This document shows positions 9,278 through 18,779 of a DNA stretch of 64,000 nt, piece by piece. Both the position numbers and the translations under genes were made by a program. Numbering within the stretch: the first letter of the stretch is position 1; the number at the start of each line of letters is the position of its first letter. Under the pieces are notes generated by a model that searched no databases, was not told where the DNA came from, and worked only from the letters and a program-made list of their open reading frames with translations. Origin of the DNA: a virus; the IMG/VR virus record IMGVR_UViG_3300048817_000078, positions 6,072 through 70,071 of that record. The stretch is one strand, 5' to 3'.

Positions 9278-12200
9278 ATGCTAAGTGGAAAAGCAGCAGC
9301 CGCGACCAAGCCGACAGCGCTCGGGTCACTGCTCCAGGCTGCAACCTATGGGCAAACCATCCCGGTCATCTACGGGATGACGCAAAGCCCCTTGCTCGCC
9401 ATCTGGACCGCGAACATCCGCCAGGGCGGCAGCACAAAGAAGCTCAAGCAAGACATCAAGGGCGTGACCACATACGTCGAGAACATCGACTTCTTGCTCG
9501 GGCACAACCCCATCATGGGTGTCCAGCAGATGTGGAATAACGGGAGTCCCATCCCGCTCAACTTCATCACCCTCGCGGTGGGCGGGTCCGGGGCGGCCTC
9601 CTACACCATCGATGACCCGTATTTCTACTCGATCATCGCGGTCACGGTGGACCAGACATACACCGACGTGGTCTTCAACGATTACGGCGGGAACGGGCCG
9701 CAGAGCCTTTCGGGTACCATGCCCACGCCGTGTTGGAACACGCTGTTTTCCGGGCCGGCCTGGATTTCGCAGCAGCGCAACTTCCCATATACCTACCGCT
9801 GGGAGCCTTCGTACGGGTCGACGTTCTATCTCGACGGGCCGTTTTATGCCGCTCCAGGCGGCGTGGTCACGGTCTACTATACGCAGCTCAGGGCCGCCAC
9901 CAGCTACCTGCCGCCGATCCAAAAGGAGATGCTTGTCTTCGAGCCGCAGCTCGGCTCCGGGGCCGAGTACGAGGACGCCAACCTTACGGCCCAGCAGATC
10001 GTCTACCCGATGTTCGCGGGGCTTGGATCCTCAAGCATCGACCTCGGCGCGGGCGGCGTAATCCCGCAACTGCAGGTCGAGGTCCAGGGCAAGTGGGGCC
10101 TCTATCCAACCGGCGATGCCGACTTCGCCGACATGATCGAGGACGTCTTCCGCTCAGGCGTTGCCCAGGCAGCAATCGGCGACACCACCGGAACCATGCC
10201 GGGGTTTACCCAGGTTGAGCACGGGCTTTCGGGCTACGACTTTCCCGGCTGCGTGCAGAATCAATTTGCGGGCGGCGCGGATTTTCCTTCAAATCCCATC
10301 CCGTACAACCAGCCGAATACGAAGGGGAATTTCCTGGTCGTCATCGCCACTTCCGGGGCGACGGCCACGCTGGGCATATCGGACACGGCAGGGAACACAT
10401 GGACACCGCTGCTCGCCTCGGGCCTGTATATGCAGGTCTGGTGGGCACAAGCAAAAGCGTCAGGCCCAAACACCGTCGCAATCAGCGGGCCGCAGGGAAA
10501 CGACAGCGGCACGCAATTGCTCGAGATTGGAGGCGTCGACACCTTTGACAGTTCGACCATCGGAACGAGCCCGAGCGTTTCCCAGGTAACAACCAATCAG
10601 CAGGGCTTCCCGGCCTACATTCTTACCTTCTCGCTGTGGACGCCCGGCTCGCCCGGCTTTAGCACGACGCCGAATATACCGCTCTGGACGCCACTCAACG
10701 CGCCGAGCAACGTTTACGACCTGAACGCTCCCTATGAGTTAATCTTTTCGCGCACCGTGGAAACGCCGGGGACATACAAGTTCACGATGCCGCAACCCAG
10801 CTCGAATCCCAGCTACGTTTGCTCGCTGGCGTTCAAGTGCGCCATCGCGCCGCCAAGCTATCCGGCGCCGGTCGGCGACTACGTCGACAATTACTCGCTC
10901 GACACGGTACGCCTGCAATGCCGCGCCAATGGCCTCTGGGGCTCGCTCACGATGGATTCCCAGCAGGCGGCGAGCGATTGGCTGACTACGCTCTACCAGG
11001 CGGCCGACGCGGCGCCGCTGTTCATGGGGTTCAAGCTTTACAGCATCCCCTACTCGGAAGTCTCGAAGATTGGGAACGGCGCCATCTTCAACGCCTACAC
11101 GGCGTGCGGGCCGATCGCAAATCTGAGCACGGAGAACGGGGACTTCGTCGCATCGGGAAATACCCCACCGCTGACCATCAAGACGGCCGCACGCGTTGAC
11201 CAGCCAAACGTGCTGCAGATGCAGTGCATCAACCGGAGCTCGAACTACAACCCGAGCGTGGTCGAGCAACCGGACGCGGTGGGGATCTCGCTCTTCGGCA
11301 TACGCAAGGCCGACCCGGTGCAGAATTACGCCATCCAGGATGTGTCAATCGCGCGCCAGATTCTCGGCATCATGGTGCGCAAGCTCCAATACGGGGGAGA
11401 CGTTGCCAGCTTTACGGTCCCGGCCAAATGGTGCCTGCTCTCGCCGATGGATTTGATTACGGTGACGGACCCGCTCATGGGCGTCAATCAGTTACCCGTG
11501 CGCATCACCTCGATGGCCGAGCAGACCGACGGCTCGATCCAGTGCCAGGCCGAGCCCTTCGTTTACGGCATGTACGCGCCCACGCCGTTTTCAGCGAGCC
11601 AGTCCGGGGGCAGTTCGCCAAGCACGGGTGCAACCGTCACTCAGCCGATAAATCCGCCCATCATCTTCGAGCCGGTTCCGGGGCTGATCGGCTCGGCAAA
11701 TCAGGGCCAGGTGTGGCTTGTCATCTCGGACCCGGACCCGAACTTCGCCGGCGCGCAGGTCTACATCTCAACCGATGGCGGAGCGAGCTATATTTCCGCA
11801 GGTTCGCCCACCATAGGAAACGGAGTTCAGGGCGTCACCGTGGACGATTGGCCGGGTGCATCGAGCCCTGATACGACGAATAACCTCAGCGTCAACCTTA
11901 CCGAGAGCGCGGAGACACTTCAGAGCTACCCGGTCGCAACCGAGGATGGGTTCGTTTATCCCTGCTATGTAGAAAACGGGCCTCCGACGCCAGTCCTGCG
12001 TGGCTCTTCGTTTCTAACTCAGGGCCCAATTAGCAACACGATCCTCATCCCTCTCCCGGCCGGCTCAGAGGTGGGGGACCTTGCAATCCTTTTCGCTTCT
12101 GCCGGCGACAACATAGCCCCGGTCCCAGAAACCGGATGGGCGAACGCATACAGCGGGGGCGGCGGCGGCCCCTGGTCACAAATCTCCGTATATAAGCTGC

Positions 12201-12985
12201 TGATTAGCTTCGATATCACACTCGGATATGTGGAGGTCCAGTGCCCCGCAGGAGCCTTCGATATGGCTGGCGGGCTCGTCGTATTCGTTGGGCCTACTGG
12301 CGGCATACGCGAAACCGAGGGCATCGGAGGAGATGGCGGCAACATAACCCTGACCAACACGACTTCCGGGGCGGTTCTCGATACTGACGTGGCTGTTTAC
12401 TGGGCCTCTCTTCGCCAAGATGGCGGCCCCATCGATGCGCCCGTCATTACACCATCGACCGGCACAGCTAATACCCTTGGCGGTTCCGGAACGACGAATA
12501 TCTATGCCCTACTCGCAGATCAGGTTATGCCGGGTGGCGCGGTCACGGTCGAAAATAACTTTGTCGCGGCCGGCAACGGAGGCTTTGCGGTCCAAGTGAT
12601 TGTCGAGAGCGCCGCAACGCCAGAAGTGCCGTATGAGTTGATGACCTACGGCGCGGCGACGCTGACTGCGGTTTACAACTACACCCTTATGGCCACCGGG
12701 GTCGGAAACCATCTGGACCGTGCAGTTCTCGGGGCGCCGGCTACGGGCGTCGGCGTCGACCATCCAAACGGCTCTGCATTCGCCCTTCTGCCGCCGAGCG
12801 GACAGGGCATTTGCAAAGTACCGTTGCTGCCGGCCTGGGTCGGCGAAACGGTGCATTTCAAGATGCTCCCCTTCAATTCCTTCGGCGTCGTGACGGGAAC
12901 GCTCGCCGACGCAACCGCATACCCATACACGGTCCTCGGCACGAGCGGGACGGGTGCCCAAACTATCTCGGTTAATGGTTCTTAG
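9278..12985 (+). CDS. Tail tip / host-specificity protein (Phage-tail_3-like), 1235 aa
   Basis: YGQTIPVIYG N-terminal motif, LSPMDLITV/RITSM segment, GGAG RBS; follows NlpC/P60. Confidence 0.85.
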   Translation: MLSGKAAAATKPTALGSLLQAATYGQTIPVIYGMTQSPLLAIWTANIRQGGSTKKLKQDIKGVTTYVENIDFLLGHNPIMGVQQMWNNGSPIPLNFITLAVGGSGAASYTIDDPYFYSIIAVTVDQTYTDVVFNDYGGNGPQSLSGTMPTPCWNTLFSGPAWISQQRNFPYTYRWEPSYGSTFYLDGPFYAAPGGVVTVYYTQLRAATSYLPPIQKEMLVFEPQLGSGAEYEDANLTAQQIVYPMFAGLGSSSIDLGAGGVIPQLQVEVQGKWGLYPTGDADFADMIEDVFRSGVAQAAIGDTTGTMPGFTQVEHGLSGYDFPGCVQNQFAGGADFPSNPIPYNQPNTKGNFLVVIATSGATATLGISDTAGNTWTPLLASGLYMQVWWAQAKASGPNTVAISGPQGNDSGTQLLEIGGVDTFDSSTIGTSPSVSQVTTNQQGFPAYILTFSLWTPGSPGFSTTPNIPLWTPLNAPSNVYDLNAPYELIFSRTVETPGTYKFTMPQPSSNPSYVCSLAFKCAIAPPSYPAPVGDYVDNYSLDTVRLQCRANGLWGSLTMDSQQAASDWLTTLYQAADAAPLFMGFKLYSIPYSEVSKIGNGAIFNAYTACGPIANLSTENGDFVASGNTPPLTIKTAARVDQPNVLQMQCINRSSNYNPSVVEQPDAVGISLFGIRKADPVQNYAIQDVSIARQILGIMVRKLQYGGDVASFTVPAKWCLLSPMDLITVTDPLMGVNQLPVRITSMAEQTDGSIQCQAEPFVYGMYAPTPFSASQSGGSSPSTGATVTQPINPPIIFEPVPGLIGSANQGQVWLVISDPDPNFAGAQVYISTDGGASYISAGSPTIGNGVQGVTVDDWPGASSPDTTNNLSVNLTESAETLQSYPVATEDGFVYPCYVENGPPTPVLRGSSFLTQGPISNTILIPLPAGSEVGDLAILFASAGDNIAPVPETGWANAYSGGGGGPWSQISVYKLLISFDITLGYVEVQCPAGAFDMAGGLVVFVGPTGGIRETEGIGGDGGNITLTNTTSGAVLDTDVAVYWASLRQDGGPIDAPVITPSTGTANTLGGSGTTNIYALLADQVMPGGAVTVENNFVAAGNGGFAVQVIVESAATPEVPYELMTYGAATLTAVYNYTLMATGVGNHLDRAVLGAPATGVGVDHPNGSAFALLPPSGQGICKVPLLPAWVGETVHFKMLPFNSFGVVTGTLADATAYPYTVLGTSGTGAQTISVNGS

Positions 12986-13258
12986 ATGGGCGCATTCCAG
13001 GCAAATTTTTCCAACGTAACCCCGGCCGCGCCAGCGGATTACCCGAGTGTCTATTGGCAAAAGGGCCTAAGCCCTACCGGTGTAAACGCGGCGGGCCTGC
13101 CGATTTACGACGTCTCGGCCTACGTGCCGGTCGTTCTCGGCCCGGGCCCCGGCGGCACGCATGACGAGCCGCTGACCGATGGCAATGGAAACATAATCTT
13201 CGCTGCGACGCTCACGCTCGGAGGCGACGTAATCGTGGTTCTGGGAGTGCCAAATTGA
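12986..13258 (+). CDS. Hypothetical tail-module protein (90 aa)
   Basis: Abuts the tail tip stop; TTGA coupling to the next gene. Confidence 0.6.
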   Translation: MGAFQANFSNVTPAAPADYPSVYWQKGLSPTGVNAAGLPIYDVSAYVPVVLGPGPGGTHDEPLTDGNGNIIFAATLTLGGDVIVVLGVPN

Positions 13259-14454
13259 CGACCATTGCTCAAGTAATCCTTGAAGGCATCTACGCCGACA
13301 TCCCCGCCTATGGCATCCCCGGGCGCCTCTACTTCGCCACGGACACGAACATCACTTATCGCGACTCGGGTTCGGCCTGGGTCGAAGTGTTGTCCGGCGG
13401 CACCGGCACCGGAACGGTAACCAGCGTTGCGCTCACCGTGCCGGCGATTCTGTCTGTGAGCGGCTCGCCGATCACCGGTTCAGGCACGCTCGCGGTAACC
13501 CTTGCCACGGAGACGGCGAACGAAGTCTTTGCCGGCCCGGCGTCAGGATCCGCAGCAGATCCAACCTTCCGCGCATTGGCGGCGGCCGATTTGCCCTTGG
13601 CAACCACCGGCGCATTCGGAGCGGTCAAGCCCGACGGCTCTACCATCACCATTTCTGCCGGTGTCATCAGTTCGACTGCGCTCGCCAATCCGATGACGAC
13701 CGAAGGGGACATCATCTACGGCGGCGCGTCGGGTGTGCCCACCCGGTTGGCTGCTGGAACCAGCGGCGACGTTCTCCAGACGAATGGCTCCAGCTCGGCG
13801 CCCACATGGGTGACGCCCAGCGGCGGAGGCGGAGGCGGCCTATTCAGTGCCATCATGAGCGCGGTACCGACGCAGGCCGGCATCTCGCTCACAACCGCCT
13901 ACAATCAATCGGGTACCTTCACCGCAACGAACAATCCAACCGGCATCACGCTCGTCGACACAGGAACCCTCGGCGTTCATGTAGAGGGCATCCTGGGAAC
14001 GTATCCGGGGTCGGCCTTTACCCTTAACGCGCTGTTCTCGATGCCGGCCGGAATCATCAATGGGACCACGCAGCCGGTTTCGACCACGGGATTCGCCATC
14101 GTTATCGCCAATACGACAACCGGGGAGGCGCTCTATCTGGGTTTGCTCGATTACGGTGGGCCGCCATGGAACATCTACGTTGTCGAACTCACCAACCCGA
14201 CCACGCTCGGGACGCAGTTAGTACTGGCCGCGGATGGCATCCTTCAGCAAAGCCCGTTCGTATGGCTCCAGTTGCAGGACGATGGAACCAGCATCTACTT
14301 TCGCTTCTCCTACGACGGAAGCCTTTGGACGCAGGTCTACACAGTTACTAAATCTTCTAGCTATCTTGGCTCTGGTGGTTTCAACTATTTGGGTTATGCA
14401 ATTCTGCCGGACGGAGGACCGGTTGGTAACACGCTCATGAGTTGGGCGACCTAA
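13255..14454 (+). CDS. Tail fibre / receptor-binding protein
   Basis: GTVTSVALTVP...PTFRAL...DLP fibre motif, Gly linker, C-terminal lectin-like beta domain (WLQLQDDGTSIYFRFSYDG). Confidence 0.7.
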   Translation: MTTIAQVILEGIYADIPAYGIPGRLYFATDTNITYRDSGSAWVEVLSGGTGTGTVTSVALTVPAILSVSGSPITGSGTLAVTLATETANEVFAGPASGSAADPTFRALAAADLPLATTGAFGAVKPDGSTITISAGVISSTALANPMTTEGDIIYGGASGVPTRLAAGTSGDVLQTNGSSSAPTWVTPSGGGGGGLFSAIMSAVPTQAGISLTTAYNQSGTFTATNNPTGITLVDTGTLGVHVEGILGTYPGSAFTLNALFSMPAGIINGTTQPVSTTGFAIVIANTTTGEALYLGLLDYGGPPWNIYVVELTNPTTLGTQLVLAADGILQQSPFVWLQLQDDGTSIYFRFSYDGSLWTQVYTVTKSSSYLGSGGFNYLGYAILPDGGPVGNTLMSWAT

Positions 14455-14458
14455 ACAT

Positions 14459-14806
14459 TCATTTGGCCGGAATGCCGAGCGCCACGGTGCCGGTGATCGG
14501 CCAGTCCTCCACCTTGGGATTCCCTTTGTCGTCCGTCGTGAGCAACTTGATCGAGTTCTTTTCGCGACGCCCGTGGAAGATGGTGCCGCTATCCCAGGTG
14601 TGGCATGCGCTATGGCCGCGCCTCTGCACGATGAGAGCGACGGAGGCCGCAGCTTGGTCGCGCAGGCTCATGGTGCAAAAGTTGCCAATCATGAAACTGC
14701 CCACATTGCTGGTAGTAACGACAACGTATTGGGTAGGATAAGCGCCCTCGCCGGCTGACGCTACTCCACCCAAGGCGAGCATCAAAAGCATGATCTTGAT
14801 TAGCAT
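14459..14806 (-). CDS. Small exported protein (reverse-strand moron)
   Basis: GGAG RBS; signal peptide MLIKIMLLMLALGGVASA; convergent with the fibre gene. Confidence 0.7.
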   Translation of the reverse strand: MLIKIMLLMLALGGVASAGEGAYPTQYVVVTTSNVGSFMIGNFCTMSLRDQAAASVALIVQRRGHSACHTWDSGTIFHGRREKNSIKLLTTDDKGNPKVEDWPITGTVALGIPAK

Positions 14807-14967
14807 TTCAGTCTCCAGCGGGGAAGGGACCTACAATCTATCATGGCCGGCGCGAAAAGAGCGAGCCAATCACCGTTCCGGGCCATCAAAGCAAAGTAGG
14901 GCTCCAGGCCAGGGCAGGTAGTAACGAAGTACCGCGGTAACCATTCAAACTGGGGAGTGACCTGGCC

Positions 14968-15531
14968 ATGGGGGAAGACGAAGTAAGCGCGACGCGCGGT
15001 TGGGTAACCGCAGAGGTTAAAAAGCAAATGGAACCTCTAATCAAGGGAATGGAAGAGATCAAGAGGCAGAATGCCGAACAGACCCGACTTTTGAGCGAGC
15101 ATGCGACAGGCGACCAGCTTAGAATCGAGGGCATCGCGGAGCAAACCACGGGGCTAACGAAGCTTCTGGGCGACCACGCTAAGGTCGTGGACCAGTTCGA
15201 CCACTGGCGCAGGGCGCTTTGGGGAAACGGGACGGGGCCGCCAGGCTTCCTCGAGGTAGCGCGCGCGGAAGACAAACAAAAATACAGCGATCTCCTCAAG
15301 GCTGTCACCGGCCTCCAGGCCGATCGATACCGCGAGCAAGGTAAGACGGACCTGCGCAAGGAGCAAGCGGAAGACCATCTAAAGGCAGAGGGACTGTCAG
15401 ACACGAAGAAGACCAACAAGCTTCAGCGGGCGCACATTTGGCTCGCGATCGCTACTGTCTTCGCGGGCACCTGGATTCTGGACCTGATTAAGCCGCTCCT
15501 CGTCCATATGCTGGCAAATCTGACCAAGTAA
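14968..15531 (+). CDS. Coiled-coil membrane protein preceding the endolysin (holin/antiholin-like)
   Basis: GGGGAG RBS; a single C-terminal hydrophobic helix (IWLAIATVFAGTWILDLIKPLLV). Confidence 0.5.
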   Translation: MGEDEVSATRGWVTAEVKKQMEPLIKGMEEIKRQNAEQTRLLSEHATGDQLRIEGIAEQTTGLTKLLGDHAKVVDQFDHWRRALWGNGTGPPGFLEVARAEDKQKYSDLLKAVTGLQADRYREQGKTDLRKEQAEDHLKAEGLSDTKKTNKLQRAHIWLAIATVFAGTWILDLIKPLLVHMLANLTK

Positions 15532-15554
15532 AAGCGGCTAGACCGCGAAGGCAC

Positions 15555-15580
15555 AGCCCTCCCCCGGGGAGGGCTTTTCT
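15555..15580 (+). terminator. Intrinsic terminator-like hairpin
   Basis: AGCCCTCCCC/GGGGAGGGCT inverted repeat followed by TTTCT. Confidence 0.55.
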
Positions 15581-15596
15581 ATTGGTGAAAAACGGA

Positions 15597-16121
15597 ATGG
15601 CAGACGCAAAGACGGCCGTGGATTTCGTCATGCTGCAGGAAGACTCGACCCTCTCGGGGAAGCTAACGGTGGACAGGGGCGGTCGAACGCGGTTCGGGAT
15701 TGCGGAGAAGTATCATCCAGAGCTGACCGCGACGGGTTTCTATGGAGCGATGCCGAATCCGCAAGCGCAAGCGATCGCCGAGGAAACGATGGAATTGGCT
15801 TACTGGGACCACATGGACGGCGGCGCGATCGTCTCCCAGTATTTCGCGAATCGCCTGCTCTCGTTCTGCGTCAACGAGGGCACGGAGACCACCGTTCTGT
15901 TGCTCCAAAAAAGCCTGAACGCGCTCGGTGCCCGTTTGGCGGTCGATGGAGAACCGGGTCCTGAAACCGTTGCCGCCATAAACAGCGCCTGTGCGGCCCA
16001 GCAAGCGGCGCTGATGGTTCAGTGGCGCGATACCCTCACCGCGCACTACCGGGCGATTGCAGAGGCAAATCCGGCCCAGGCAGGGGAGCTAAAGGGGTGG
16101 CTTAATCGGGTGGCCGCCTAA
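15597..16121 (+). CDS. Endolysin, glycoside hydrolase family 108 with peptidoglycan-binding C-terminus
   Basis: QED...DRGGRTRFGI; LLQKSLN...VDGEPGPETVAAIN; KGWLNRV. Confidence 0.85.
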   Translation: MADAKTAVDFVMLQEDSTLSGKLTVDRGGRTRFGIAEKYHPELTATGFYGAMPNPQAQAIAEETMELAYWDHMDGGAIVSQYFANRLLSFCVNEGTETTVLLLQKSLNALGARLAVDGEPGPETVAAINSACAAQQAALMVQWRDTLTAHYRAIAEANPAQAGELKGWLNRVAA

Positions 16122-16528
16122 GCGGCAGCCGCCAACTGTTCCGCTAGCGCCTCGGCTTCCCGCTCGACCTCGGCCTGCGTCCAGTAATGCCCGCGGACAA
16201 GACTCGGGCATAGTGCTCGCAGCCGCACAGCCTCGGGTGCATCCGTGCTTGGGTCGTATGAAGAATCACCCGAATGCGCGCAGTCGAAGCCGAACCAGTA
16301 CCCACAGCCGTCTTCGTGTTCGTCGCAGGGCTCGATCTCGGCGAAGGTGAGACCGCCGTGGACGTCAACATCCACGTCATCGTAGCCCCCGCCATGTAGC
16401 GCATGGCCCGGAGGCACCCGAACGTAGCCGCAACGGTGGCCGCCCTCTTGCTGTTGGACCACGGCGCAGGATAATCCCGCATGCTTCCATTCCCGCTCAA
16501 CCCTGTATGGCGTAACCGGTAGACACAT
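16118..16528 (-). CDS. Conserved phage hypothetical protein
   Basis: GHRCGYV...VHGGLTF...WFGFDCAH motif common in phages; AAGGAG RBS. Confidence 0.75.
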   Translation of the reverse strand: MCLPVTPYRVEREWKHAGLSCAVVQQQEGGHRCGYVRVPPGHALHGGGYDDVDVDVHGGLTFAEIEPCDEHEDGCGYWFGFDCAHSGDSSYDPSTDAPEAVRLRALCPSLVRGHYWTQAEVEREAEALAEQLAAAA

Positions 16529-16562
16529 TTTCTCTCCTTTTTCTACAGCGAAAGGTCCCGCA

Positions 16563-16961
16563 ATGAAACCACTCTATATCTTCGTGCTCGCGCTGGCCGT
16601 CGCTACGACCGCAACCGCCCCGGCTCAATTCCCCGCCTTCACCTGGCAAGCGAACCCCGGATGGTCCGCGTGGCCCCCGTGCACAACGAAGGTTACCACC
16701 ATGTGCCGAACCGGCTTCGCAATCTCGGACGTCACCAAGCCATCGGCGCCCTTCAATGTCTCGAACACCATCTCGGCGACCGCCTTGTCCTACACCATGT
16801 GGAAGATGCCGACGGTCGGAGTCCACACCTTCAGCTTGGTCGCGAACGCCAAGAACCAGGCGGGAGCCGCGACGGCATCAACGCCGGTAACCCTAACGAC
16901 CACCATAAAGGCTGCTGCCGCCCCCGGGGCGCCCCTGGCTTTCGCAATCAAAACCCCGTAA
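16563..16961 (+). CDS. Exported Fn3/Ig-like protein, paralog 1
   Basis: Signal peptide; FTWQAN...WPPCTTKVTTMCRTGF. Confidence 0.7.
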   Translation: MKPLYIFVLALAVATTATAPAQFPAFTWQANPGWSAWPPCTTKVTTMCRTGFAISDVTKPSAPFNVSNTISATALSYTMWKMPTVGVHTFSLVANAKNQAGAATASTPVTLTTTIKAAAAPGAPLAFAIKTP

Positions 16962-16973
16962 CGAGGTGACTTC

Positions 16974-17363
16974 TTGAAACGACTTCTCTGGCTGCTACTT
17001 CTCGCGGCTTCGCCCGCGCTCGCGCAATCGAACAGCGTTACGTTTACCTGGCAGGCCAACTCCGCATGGGCGACGTCCTGGCCGGCCTGCTCGACAACCG
17101 TGACCACCGATTGCCTTAGTGGCTTCACCTTGAGCGACATCACGAACGCCACCAAGCCGGTGGTTATCAGCTCAACGATTGCGCCCACGGCGTTGACCTA
17201 TACCCAGACGCCTGCGGGAGCGGCCGGATCGCATACTTACTCGCTCGTGGTCAACGGCAAGGACCAGAGCGGCAATCCTGCGGCCAGTACGCCTGTCACG
17301 TCCACGGCGACCATACCGAGCAACACGCCGCCTCCGCCGGTCAACTTCAGCGTCACGCCGTAA
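16974..17363 (+). CDS. Exported Fn3/Ig-like protein, paralog 2
   Basis: GAGGT RBS, TTG start, signal peptide ...SPALA|Q; FTWQAN...WPACSTTVTTDCLSGF. Confidence 0.75.
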   Translation: MKRLLWLLLLAASPALAQSNSVTFTWQANSAWATSWPACSTTVTTDCLSGFTLSDITNATKPVVISSTIAPTALTYTQTPAGAAGSHTYSLVVNGKDQSGNPAASTPVTSTATIPSNTPPPPVNFSVTP

Positions 17364-17415
17364 CTAGTGCGAAATCACGAAATCATGATAATGCGATAAC
17401 GAAAGGAATTCTGCC

Positions 17416-17724
17416 ATGAAAGCTTTCCTCATCCACGCAATCGAGAACTGGAAGACGACCGCGAGCGGGCTTTGCTCGTTTCTGATGGTAACCGGAACCT
17501 TCGTCTCCGGTTATTTTGCCCTAAACCAGTCGCCGAAGTCGCTGGAGATTGCTGGCGCCGCGACATTCATCAGCAGCCTCGCGAAGGTCTACGTCGCCAT
17601 GCTGCAGACCGATGCCGGCAAGACGGCTGCAGTCGTTCCCGGAGAGGCCGCGGTGCAGATGGTGGCCTCGCACGAAGTTCCCGACAGGCCGGATGCCACG
17701 CCGGCGGTTAAGGTGGGGAAGTAG
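17416..17724 (+). CDS. Holin-like protein
   Basis: NWKTT motif followed by two hydrophobic helices; lies in the lysis region. Confidence 0.55.
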   Translation: MKAFLIHAIENWKTTASGLCSFLMVTGTFVSGYFALNQSPKSLEIAGAATFISSLAKVYVAMLQTDAGKTAAVVPGEAAVQMVASHEVPDRPDATPAVKVGK

Positions 17725-17727
17725 GCG

Positions 17728-17892
17728 TCAGCGTGTAAAGCGCACATACCCGCGCCAGCGATAACCAATCACCCAGCGCCCATCCATCGCACTCCTGTAC
17801 CAGCAGAGCCATCCGCGAAATCCATACGGCTGGACAAAGAAGAACCCCAAGAACGGCCTGTATTTTCGGGGCGGCCAATCCTGGCTCCTCAC
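17728..17892 (-). CDS. Small aromatic-rich hypothetical protein (54 aa)
   Basis: GTGA coupling to the upstream minus-strand gene. Confidence 0.4.
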   Translation of the reverse strand: MRSQDWPPRKYRPFLGFFFVQPYGFRGWLCWYRSAMDGRWVIGYRWRGYVRFTR

Positions 17893-18317
17893 GCCTGGAC
17901 CGCCTCCTCCGGAAGATACCCCTCGCACCCGCAACTCCCCAGCCTGCAATAACCCACCCCGCCAATATGCTCAGCCTTTGTGTGTGTGCAATCACACGGC
18001 GGAGCTATCTCTTCCGGCTCCTCCTGCATCTCCTGCACCTCTGCGGCCGGCTCGGCCAGCGCAATCTTGGGCGGCTCCGTCAGCATGCGATGGCGGATCC
18101 TAAAAGTTCCGTCCGGCAACGGCTGACAGTCGATAACCTCCTGAGCAAGATTCACGGCAGCCAAATCTATCTTCGCGAGAACGAGTTCCTTATCTTCGCC
18201 GCCGTAGGTGCGCGTGACGGCAATCAGGATGCGGAGGATATTGTCGCGGGCCCCAGAGACGGCCTGAAGCTGTTGCTGGAGTTGCATGGTATGCGATTGC
18301 ATCGTCTTGATGGACAT
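17889..18317 (-). CDS. Hypothetical protein with C-terminal Cys/His cluster
   Basis: GAGG RBS before ATG 18317; CDCTHTKAEH...C..C.C motif. Confidence 0.65.
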   Translation of the reverse strand: MSIKTMQSHTMQLQQQLQAVSGARDNILRILIAVTRTYGGEDKELVLAKIDLAAVNLAQEVIDCQPLPDGTFRIRHRMLTEPPKIALAEPAAEVQEMQEEPEEIAPPCDCTHTKAEHIGGVGYCRLGSCGCEGYLPEEAVQA

Positions 18318-18326
18318 GCGGCCTCT

Positions 18327-18356
18327 AAAAAGCGGCCTGGGCATTGCACCCAGGCC
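18327..18356 (-). terminator. Intrinsic terminator
   Basis: Minus strand reads GGCCTGGG-TGCAATG-CCCAGGCC-GC-TTTTT. Confidence 0.75.
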
Positions 18357-18779
18357 ATTCCGTGGTTGCATCTCCCAGTGGTGGGAGCTTATCGCGGCGG
18401 CCCATGGCCCGTCATGTGAGTCACCAGCCGGGTAAACTCAGAGTCGTTTTCCACTGCCGCCGCGTCCGCAGGCCATGTTGCCCTGACCTGGGGAAACTTG
18501 ATTAAAGCTTGGAGCCGGCTGGACTCTCAAAGATTAGCTAAAGCTGCGTACGCTAGCCGCGGCATCATCGATCCAATCGCCACTAAAAGGCACCGGCGTA
18601 ATCAGAATAGCGGGGCCGTTCGGACTTGCAGCTACTACCCTTCGACCGATCTTACGGGCTTGTGTTCGTGGGTTCGGCTTACTATGGCCCACTCGCGGCA
18701 TCAATCGGCTTGGCTCCGCGCCCATTTACCTCTCCAGGATTCGCTTCCTACTAGGCCCCTTCGTCGGGTGGTATCTCGG
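18327..18779 (-). ncRNA. Candidate ~450-nt structured RNA of unknown class
   Basis: Gene-free gap with many 6-8 bp complementary blocks, crossing (pseudoknot) pairings, G-U pairs only on the minus strand, and a terminal terminator. Confidence 0.5.

Noticed and set aside
18534-18725. 63-aa minus-strand ORF with GGAG inside the structured gap
   Set aside because: No recognisable motif and overlaps the dense pairing network; left open as an alternative, not called.
18327-18779. Assignment as tmRNA, group I intron, RNase P RNA or twister ribozyme
   Set aside because: No canonical T-arm/CCA pairing for tmRNA; the GAGUC/GACUC blocks are in the wrong order for group I P7; RNase P and twister consensus only match in fragments.
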